Assembly (NCBI GenBank): GCA_964545975.1
Contig: CAZJHY010000001.1
Span: forward strand, 24,094 to 88,093
Direction of reading: 5' to 3'
Length of the DNA: 64,000 bases
Source: an uncultured Clostridia bacterium
GTDB taxonomy: Bacteria > Bacillota > DTU025 > MWDF01
How positions within the stretch are numbered: position 1 is the first letter of the stretch; each line of letters begins with the position of its first letter. Positions 57,161 to 64,000 of this stretch are shown here, in pieces. Both the position numbers and the translations under genes were made by a program. The notes below the pieces were generated by a model. That model was not told where the DNA came from, searched no databases, and saw only the letters and a program-made list of their open reading frames with translations.

Positions 57161-58297
57161 TCAGGACCTGCCGCTTTCCTTCTTGTTCTTGTACATAAGC
57201 TCGTCAATCCTTCTTAGGAACTGCTCCGCCGTCATCTTCGACTCCGGCATGTATATCGACCAGCCGTAGCTAAGGACCAGAGGGAAAGGAAACCTTTCAA
57301 GCCTGTTGAAGTCGTTGAAGCTCTCCCTTATCCTTTCAACGGTCCTTGTCAGGGCCTCATCCGAGCTCATCTTGGGAGCTATGACCAGGAATTCATCGCC
57401 GCCGTACCTGGCGATGAAGTCGTCTGACCTGAGGCTTCTTTTCAGTATGTCCGCGGTGACTCTAAGCGCCTCATCGCCGGTGCTGTGGCCGTACTTGTCA
57501 TTTATCTCCTTGAAACCGTCTATATCCATGAATATTCCGCTGAAGCCTCCATCCTTGGAGGCGGATCTGATCTGGGAGTTGAGGAAGGAATCTATGTCCC
57601 GCCTGTTAGACACCCCCGTCAGATAATCGGAACCCAGCTCAGTCTCCTGAAGGTTCATATAGGTGAATAGGAGCATAAGCGTCACTCCTGCCCACATCGA
57701 CGGCATGCCGTAAAGGAAAGCCTGCAGTATGCCGCCTGCAGTTGGAGGAACATTGAAAAGCAGGAGGGTATAAAAAGCCCTTTTAGAAAATCTCCGCCTG
57801 TTCAGATAGGTTATGCAAAGTGAGTAGAAGATATAAAGGGTATACATGGCGGCAATCAGCGCGAAACCAGGCCCTCTTTCATATACATTTGCGCTGTCTA
57901 CGCTGAACATGAAACCCGTGTAAGCCGTAGCGAGAGTCGGGATCACCTGCACAAGCCCCGGGATGATGAGGATTGCATTGAGAGTTCTGTTCCATACCGT
58001 GTCCCCGAATATCTTGGAATGCAGGTAGACTATCCATAGATAGAAGGCCAGAGCCCCCGATGTATAATAAGCGATGTTGAAAGCGTAGTTCAGAAGGATG
58101 CAATAAGGATGTGGCCTCTTGTCTACCGCCCAGGCAAGGGCTTCGAAGGCGATGACAAGGATGGTGGCATAGATAAGCCGTATAAATGGCCTCTGCTTAT
58201 GCGACCTCAGCTCGTTCTGATTCCTTATGCCGGTGAGTATAGCCCCCAGAATCATCATTGAGAAGAGGCTCATGCTCACCTGAAGAATCGTATACAT
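57161..58297 (-). CDS. membrane-anchored GGDEF diguanylate cyclase
   Basis: 6-7 TM N-terminus; RYGGDEF motif. Confidence 0.85.
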   Translation of the reverse strand: MYTILQVSMSLFSMMILGAILTGIRNQNELRSHKQRPFIRLIYATILVIAFEALAWAVDKRPHPYCILLNYAFNIAYYTSGALAFYLWIVYLHSKIFGDTVWNRTLNAILIIPGLVQVIPTLATAYTGFMFSVDSANVYERGPGFALIAAMYTLYIFYSLCITYLNRRRFSKRAFYTLLLFNVPPTAGGILQAFLYGMPSMWAGVTLMLLFTYMNLQETELGSDYLTGVSNRRDIDSFLNSQIRSASKDGGFSGIFMDIDGFKEINDKYGHSTGDEALRVTADILKRSLRSDDFIARYGGDEFLVIAPKMSSDEALTRTVERIRESFNDFNRLERFPFPLVLSYGWSIYMPESKMTAEQFLRRIDELMYKNKKESGRS

Positions 58298-58421
58298 GGG
58301 ATCCTCCGGTGATACGATTGTTTGACTTTACAAATACTTTACTACATCCTGCGTTTGAATACCTGCACATACTGATGCTGCCCATGGATTATAATACGAG
58401 TATCGTCAGTGAGGTGATCTG

Positions 58422-60044
58422 ATGGAAAACCCGGCGAGGGATGCTTCGAAGGCGAAGCTATTCAAAGGAGCTGCCATACTTGCGGCTGCCAGCCTGTTTG
58501 CAAGGGTCCTGGGGGCAGTGTACCGCATACCTCTGGCCAACATGCTTGGAGACGAGGGCATGGGTCTGTTCGAGATGGCAAACCCCATATACTTCTTCCT
58601 GCTTTCGATATCCGTATCGGGCATACCACTTGCCATATCGAAGCTCATAGCTGAGAAGAAGGCAAAAGAGGACGGCCTGGGGGCAAGCAGGGTAGTGAAG
58701 GTCGCAGTGGCAATGATGGCAGCGGCAGGGCTTGCCGCGAGCCTCTCGCTTTTCATCCTTGCTCCCTATATTGCAGAGAGGGTCTTCCACGATCCAAGGT
58801 CGGTTCTTCCCCTGCGGGCGATTTCACCTGCGCTTGCGTTCATGACGGTCATGTCTGCGATGAGGGGCTACTTCCAGGGGATGCAAAGAATGGGTCCATC
58901 GGCTGTCTCCCAGATGATCGAGCAGGTGGCTAGGGTGGCCTTCATGCTGCTTATGGCGATGCTGCTTCTCCCGAAGGGCATCGAATACGGCGCGGCTGGC
59001 GCTGCAAGCGGTGCTGCAGTTGGCGCCTTCATGGGGATGGGCTTCCTGCTTATGGCCTACTACCTTCTCAGGAAAAGGACTGACTACCACATACCACGCG
59101 GGAATGCCGCTCAAGAATCCGGCAAGGGCATAGCCTACAGGATACTGAGGCTTGCCGTGCCGGTGTCGATAACAGGATCCCTGGCATCGATAAAAAGCGT
59201 CATAGATGCGGCTATCGTGCCTGGAAGGCTCGCTCGCGCCGGGTTTGCCCAAAGCGAGGCCACCGCGCTCTACGGCCAGTTCAACGGCATGGCCTATCCT
59301 ATAGTGTACTTCCCCACTTCAATAACAGCCGGCATAGCATCTGCCGCCGTGCCTTCAATTGCGGAATGCCACGCCAGGGGGGATGCAGCAGGAATCCGCG
59401 AAAGGTCGATATATGTCCTGAAGCTGACCAGCATAATCGCCATACCGGCAACAGCGGGGCTGCTGGTCCTGGCCTCCCCTATTACCTCCCTGCTGTACGG
59501 AAGGCCGGATGTAGGCCCGATTCTCGCAACGCTTTCGGCGGCGAGCGCCCTTCTGTGCCTGCAGCAGACCAGCGCGTCCATATTAAGCGGAATGGGGTTC
59601 GTTGCAGACCCTCTAATAAGCGCGCTCATAGGGGTGCTGGCGAAAATCGCCCTTGAGTTCTGGCTGACGTCCATGCCCGGGCTCAATGTGAAGGGGGCTG
59701 CCATCAGCACGGTGGTCGGATCGCTTATTACAGTTGTGATTAACCTCATGAGGGTTGAGAAGAGGCTTGGCATAAAGGTGGGCTATGCCAAAGCATTCTC
59801 GGGTCCGATGGTAGCCTCACTGATCATGGGTGCCGCAGTATTCGCGTTCAGGGCGCTTGCTTTGCGGCTCTTGCCCGAAGGCAGGCTCATAACAGTTGCA
59901 GCGGTGGGAGTAGGAGGCGCGGTCTATGCCGCAGCAGTGCTTCTCATGGGCATAATGACTGCAGAGGAGCTGGAGGCTATACCGCTTATGGGAAGGCATG
60001 CGGCAAGGCTTTCGTCCAAATTGGGGGCAAGGAGGGGCAGATGA
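58422..60044 (+). CDS. MOP superfamily flippase (SpoVB/MurJ-like polysaccharide biosynthesis protein)
   Basis: ~540 aa, 14-TM pattern typical of SpoVB/MurJ. Confidence 0.7.
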   Translation: MENPARDASKAKLFKGAAILAAASLFARVLGAVYRIPLANMLGDEGMGLFEMANPIYFFLLSISVSGIPLAISKLIAEKKAKEDGLGASRVVKVAVAMMAAAGLAASLSLFILAPYIAERVFHDPRSVLPLRAISPALAFMTVMSAMRGYFQGMQRMGPSAVSQMIEQVARVAFMLLMAMLLLPKGIEYGAAGAASGAAVGAFMGMGFLLMAYYLLRKRTDYHIPRGNAAQESGKGIAYRILRLAVPVSITGSLASIKSVIDAAIVPGRLARAGFAQSEATALYGQFNGMAYPIVYFPTSITAGIASAAVPSIAECHARGDAAGIRERSIYVLKLTSIIAIPATAGLLVLASPITSLLYGRPDVGPILATLSAASALLCLQQTSASILSGMGFVADPLISALIGVLAKIALEFWLTSMPGLNVKGAAISTVVGSLITVVINLMRVEKRLGIKVGYAKAFSGPMVASLIMGAAVFAFRALALRLLPEGRLITVAAVGVGGAVYAAAVLLMGIMTAEELEAIPLMGRHAARLSSKLGARRGR

Positions 60045-60367
60045 TGCTAAACGAGCTGGCAGCAAGGCTCAATGACACCGCCGTAAGGCACGGATGGTGG
60101 GATGAGGACAAGCCTTTTCCGGAGGTGATAGCCCTTTGCCATAGCGAGCTGTCTGAAGCCCTGGAGGAGTACCGGGCGCACAGAAGGCTGGATGAGGTCT
60201 ATTTGAACGGCGGCAAACCGGAGGGGATACCGGTAGAGCTGGCTGACTGCATGATAAGGATACTTGATTTCTGCGGAAGGCATGGCATCGACATAGATGC
60301 AGCCCTGGAGGCTAAGGCTGCCTATAACGAATCAAGGCCATTCAGGCACGGCGGAAAGAGGATCTGA
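60041..60367 (+). CDS. MazG-like nucleotide pyrophosphohydrolase domain protein
   Basis: EAxE-type motifs HSELSEALEE and ELADCMIRILD; overlaps upstream stop. Confidence 0.6.
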   Translation: MMLNELAARLNDTAVRHGWWDEDKPFPEVIALCHSELSEALEEYRAHRRLDEVYLNGGKPEGIPVELADCMIRILDFCGRHGIDIDAALEAKAAYNESRPFRHGGKRI

Positions 60368-60434
60368 TAGGCAAGGCATAATGGCGAAGGACTCATTAAG
60401 GCGCTGCGGCGTAGGATGGGTTGCCTGCGGCGCC

Positions 60435-61646
60435 TTAAAGCTGCTTGAAACCCCTGACCTTAAGAAGAAACAGCGAGGCTGACATTATTAGAAGCCCTGT
60501 CACGGCGGGGAAGTAGAACACGAGGTCCATATTCGCACGCGCCACAAGGCTGAAAAGTGCAAGGCTTATTGGAGACAGAAGCGATGTAATGAAATGTGTG
60601 AAAGCGGTCATCTTTCCCCTCATGTTGTCAGGGGTATGCGAAAGCAGGAGCACACCGGCGTTTATCGTTATGATGACCATCATGAAGCCAGAGACCACGC
60701 TAATAGCGTAGAACCACCAAAGTGTGGGGATCATTATCCAGGAGATAAGCGCTAATCCTATGCCTATGCCCGCAAGGACTATCATGGGCGAGCGCCTTCT
60801 GGGGTTCTTCATCGTACCCATCATCACAGACCCGGTAATGCTCCCGATGCTAAGAAACGTCATCACGAGCCCAAGCTCGGTAGCCGTCTTTCCCAGCCTG
60901 TCCTTAATGATGTACGGGACGGTCACGCTTGAAAGCGGCGCGAGGGCGAAGTTCATCAGGCCGAACACGAGCAGAATCCCGATTATGGTGGGAGTGCCGA
61001 AAGTGAAGTCCACGGCTTTCTTGAGGGCCTTCCAGCCATCTGCCTCGTTGTCTAAGGGCATGTATCCGCACCTTATGAACACCTCGGAGATTCCTGACAG
61101 CATCAGGGCGATAGCGTTCACCAGGAAAGCCGTCGCATAACCGAAGCTTGATACAAGCAGGCCACCGATGACAGGACCGAAGATGCCGACCATGCCGCCG
61201 AAGGCCTGCGTAACGCTTTGGGCTCTTTGCAGGTTCTCCACCCCGACGAGCTGGGGTATCAAGGCCGAGCATGCGGGGCTGAAGAAAGAGGAGATTATCC
61301 CGATCAGCACGCTTGACAGGACGACGTGCCAAATCCGAAGCCTGCCGTAAAAGGCGAGAAGGGCTATGGCTCCTATCACCGCCGCCCGGCAGAAGTCCAT
61401 GCTGTATACTATCCTCCTCCTGTCCAGCCTGTCGGCAAGCACTCCAAGGTAAGGGCCGAGCACGAGGGCGGGTATCATCGCCGCCATTGTCAGCAGCCCT
61501 GTGGTTCCGGGGGAGCCCGTTACGTTATAAAGCCACCAGATGAGGGCAACCTGGTGTATGCTGTCTCCGCAAAGCGAAGTGAAGTAACCTATGGCTAGCA
61601 GAGCGAAGTTCCTGTTGATAAGCGGATTGAAGCGCAAAGCATCCAC
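60435..61646 (-). CDS. MFS transporter (EntS/YbdA-like)
   Basis: 12-TM; N-terminus nearly identical in pattern to next gene. Confidence 0.75.
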   Translation of the reverse strand: MDALRFNPLINRNFALLAIGYFTSLCGDSIHQVALIWWLYNVTGSPGTTGLLTMAAMIPALVLGPYLGVLADRLDRRRIVYSMDFCRAAVIGAIALLAFYGRLRIWHVVLSSVLIGIISSFFSPACSALIPQLVGVENLQRAQSVTQAFGGMVGIFGPVIGGLLVSSFGYATAFLVNAIALMLSGISEVFIRCGYMPLDNEADGWKALKKAVDFTFGTPTIIGILLVFGLMNFALAPLSSVTVPYIIKDRLGKTATELGLVMTFLSIGSITGSVMMGTMKNPRRRSPMIVLAGIGIGLALISWIMIPTLWWFYAISVVSGFMMVIITINAGVLLLSHTPDNMRGKMTAFTHFITSLLSPISLALFSLVARANMDLVFYFPAVTGLLIMSASLFLLKVRGFKQL

Positions 61647-61726
61647 TCCTTAATAAAGACTGACAGGCCGGCGCCTCCATAAGCTTGCCAGTTATGGCCT
61701 CGATTATTCCTTACTGCATAATTCTA

Positions 61727-62929
61727 TCAAAGCTCCCTGTATCCCTTTATGGCGAGCATGCCCAATGTTATCGATAATATGAGAATCCCGCTTACGACCG
61801 GGTAGTAGAAGATCAGCCCTTCATTGGACTTGGCCGCAAGGCTGAAGAGCGACAGGCCTATTGGTGCCATGAACTGGGTTAACGAGTTCATGAAGGCGCT
61901 AAGTTTTCCCATCATCCGGTCCGGTGTGACCTGCACGAAGATTACTCCGGCGTTGATGTTTATGAGAGATGCGGCGAAACCCACAGCCGCGTTGATTACA
62001 TACAGCCACATGAGCTGCGGAAGAATCACCCATGAGGCTAAGAATCCGCCCATTACGACAGCGCCGGCTGTAATCAGGTTTGAGCGCCTCTTCGGGTTCT
62101 TGAGCACCCCCATAAGAAGCGAGCCTGCGATACCACCGACGCTTATCGCCGTCATTGAGAAGCCCAGCTCCGCTGATCCTGCTGCAAGTCTTGCCTTGAT
62201 GAGATATGGGAGAGTGAGCGAGCCGAGGTGCGAGACAGAGAAGTTCATCATTGCGAAAACGAGGAGGATTCCCATTATAGTGGGCATTCCAAGTGCGAAG
62301 CGCATCGCCTCGGCCATCTCTGCGAAATGGCCCCGCTTGGAAGCATGCACAGCCTGCTTATACTTTATGAACATCTCCGATACGGCAGACAGGACGAAGG
62401 AGATTGCGTTCATAAGGAACACCGCCGAATAGCCTATGGCCGCAACAAGCGCGCCGCCCAGAGCCGGGCCGATTATCCCGACCATACCCATCATCATCTG
62501 AAGCATGCCCTGCGCCTTCTGCAGCTTGTCCATGCCTACCAGGCCCGGGATCATAGCACTCACGGCGGGATTGAACAATGAGGAGCATGCGCTCACAAGC
62601 ACGCTTGATGCCACGAGGTGCCAAGTCCTCAGGCTCCCTGTGAAGGACAGGACCGCTACTGCCGCGATGACAGCCCCTCTTGCATAGTCCATCATGTACA
62701 CTATCTTGCGCCTGTCCCACCTGTCGGCAAGCACCCCCATGTAAGGGGAGAGAAGTATCGATGGTATCATGGATGCAAGGGACAGGAGTCCGGTGGTGGA
62801 GGGCGAACCGGTCACATTGTAGATCCACCAGATAAGGGCCACCCTATGGATGCCGTCGCCGATTGCGGAGACGAACTGCCCTATGGAAAGCAGGGCGAAA
62901 TCCCTATTGATTAGAGGGTTGACCGCCAT
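61727..62929 (-). CDS. MFS transporter (tandem paralog)
   Basis: 12-TM; ~60% identity by eye to 60435..61646. Confidence 0.75.
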   Translation of the reverse strand: MAVNPLINRDFALLSIGQFVSAIGDGIHRVALIWWIYNVTGSPSTTGLLSLASMIPSILLSPYMGVLADRWDRRKIVYMMDYARGAVIAAVAVLSFTGSLRTWHLVASSVLVSACSSLFNPAVSAMIPGLVGMDKLQKAQGMLQMMMGMVGIIGPALGGALVAAIGYSAVFLMNAISFVLSAVSEMFIKYKQAVHASKRGHFAEMAEAMRFALGMPTIMGILLVFAMMNFSVSHLGSLTLPYLIKARLAAGSAELGFSMTAISVGGIAGSLLMGVLKNPKRRSNLITAGAVVMGGFLASWVILPQLMWLYVINAAVGFAASLININAGVIFVQVTPDRMMGKLSAFMNSLTQFMAPIGLSLFSLAAKSNEGLIFYYPVVSGILILSITLGMLAIKGYREL

Positions 62930-62953
62930 GGTTATCCTCCTTTGCAGGTATCT

Positions 62954-63754
62954 CTACAGTTTTATTAAGCTTCGTTTCCTTTCGCTGAACGTAGCCGCAC
63001 AGGTGAAACCGGCCGACTTCGCATATTCGGCCAGATCTCCGAAACCATAGGCTACATGCTCCGGGTAGTGCGCATCTGAGGCGAGGCTTATATGGCATCC
63101 GGCTTTGAAGGCGGCTTTCAGGAGCATCCTGCCGGGATAGTATTCGCCCACCGGCTTTCTCAACCCTGCCGAGGAGACCTCAAGGCAGGTATCCGATCCC
63201 GCAGCAGCTTCAGCAAGCGCCCTGTGCCATCCAGCAAGCTCCTCATCGAAGCCTGGTCCGGGCCTAATGCCGAAGACCTTGATAACGTCCGGGTGGGCGA
63301 AGATGTCGAACATCCCGGAAGAGACCGCCTTCACCGCCGTCTTGAAATATGACCTCCAGACATCCTCGACGGACATGCCCTCCCATGCCTCCGATTTCCA
63401 ATCGAAGACCCAGCCTTCCAGCCAGTGCACAGAACCAATGCAGTAGTCGAACGGGTTAGACTCAAGATATGCCCTCAGCTCGTTTTCGGTCTCGGGTATG
63501 TAGTCGGCTTCGATTCCAACCTTTGCGCCGGATGCCTTCACGGCATCTATGTAGGAGGAGGTGGACCAGCCGAGAAGAGGGATTCCTTCCGGCAGAGGCC
63601 TACCTAAAAGCGCGGGCCCCATGTCAAGGTTGTGAAGATGCTCTGATATGCCGTAGTCGCTCAAACCGGCCTTCCTTGCCGCCTCCGCATAAAGCCTAAG
63701 GTATCCGGGTTCTGGAGAACCGTTCTCAATGTGCATGTGATAGTCCGCTGCCAA
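62954..63754 (-). CDS. PHP-domain phosphoesterase (histidinol-phosphatase HisK-like)
   Basis: N-terminal YHMHIE metal motif, PHP fold length. Confidence 0.7.
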   Translation of the reverse strand: MAADYHMHIENGSPEPGYLRLYAEAARKAGLSDYGISEHLHNLDMGPALLGRPLPEGIPLLGWSTSSYIDAVKASGAKVGIEADYIPETENELRAYLESNPFDYCIGSVHWLEGWVFDWKSEAWEGMSVEDVWRSYFKTAVKAVSSGMFDIFAHPDVIKVFGIRPGPGFDEELAGWHRALAEAAAGSDTCLEVSSAGLRKPVGEYYPGRMLLKAAFKAGCHISLASDAHYPEHVAYGFGDLAEYAKSAGFTCAATFSERKRSLIKL

Positions 63755-64000
63755 AACAATGCCCCCTATCGGAGTAGAATCGCCGTCATGCTTCGTTTCA
63801 TATTATGATTAAGATATCATAGCTTGGAGGAGCGCGCCTCCCCGGCACCTTGTTATTTCCCACGGGAGGCGCTTCGCTGGTGATTATTGATTGGCCGAGC
63901 CTCTTAAGGGATTATCCTGTCACCTGCATCTGGCCTTGGGAAACCAAAGGGTCGGGAGAAGGCGGTATGGCAGGAAGGAAGGCGCCGGTAAGCGCAATGG

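Noticed and set aside
1-64000. CRISPR arrays, rRNA/tRNA genes, transposase/integrase genes
   Set aside because: A scan for short regularly spaced direct repeats, tRNA-like cloverleaf GC patterns and transposase/integrase motifs (DDE, tyrosine recombinase R..H..Y) found nothing convincing in this window.

Overview
This looks like a 64 kb piece of a bacterial chromosome dense with solute-uptake and catabolic genes, with no rRNA, tRNA, CRISPR or obvious mobile elements. All calls come from motif and architecture recognition by eye; no searches were run.

GC is moderately high. Ribosome-binding sites are AGGAGG-type and many adjacent genes overlap by 4 bp (ATGA), which suggests a Gram-positive/Firmicutes-like organism. 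A SpoVB/MurJ-like flippase is present.

The window holds about 62 protein-coding genes in long co-directional operons. These include four binding-protein-dependent uptake systems: two Liv-type ABC, one ribose-type ABC, and one TAXI-TRAP. Each binding-protein gene is followed by a GC-rich hairpin.

Two clusters stand out.

- Cluster 1 (about 11.0-25.7 kb): a RuBisCO-like protein (form IV, KDDE motif retained) sits in a sugar-catabolic operon. Its neighbours are a ribose-type ABC importer, an MBL-fold lactonase-like protein, a UPF0261 (Tm-1-like) protein, three class II aldolase-family paralogs, an RpiB-like/TpiA-like isomerase pair, an FGGY kinase and a phosphohexomutase.
- Cluster 2 (about 39.6-53.3 kb): a GntR regulator heads a cluster with a D-2-hydroxyacid dehydrogenase, a LarA-like (nickel-pincer-type) 2-hydroxyacid racemase, an HMGL-like aldolase/synthase, a Liv-type ABC importer, a translationally coupled acetate-kinase-family gene, a split SAF plus UxaA/GarD/SuyAB-like dehydratase/lyase, a QueG-like 4Fe-4S protein, an EamA exporter and a 4-oxalocrotonate-tautomerase-like protein.

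Smaller items:

- A ThiS/MoaD-like protein ending in GG lies next to a secreted beta-propeller plus C13 (legumain-like) peptidase.
- A 9-codon upstream ORF sits ahead of a Cys/His-rich small protein and shares a duplicated SD-start context with it.
- The region around 35.8-39.5 kb appears compositionally distinct.
- Two MFS transporters are tandem paralogs.
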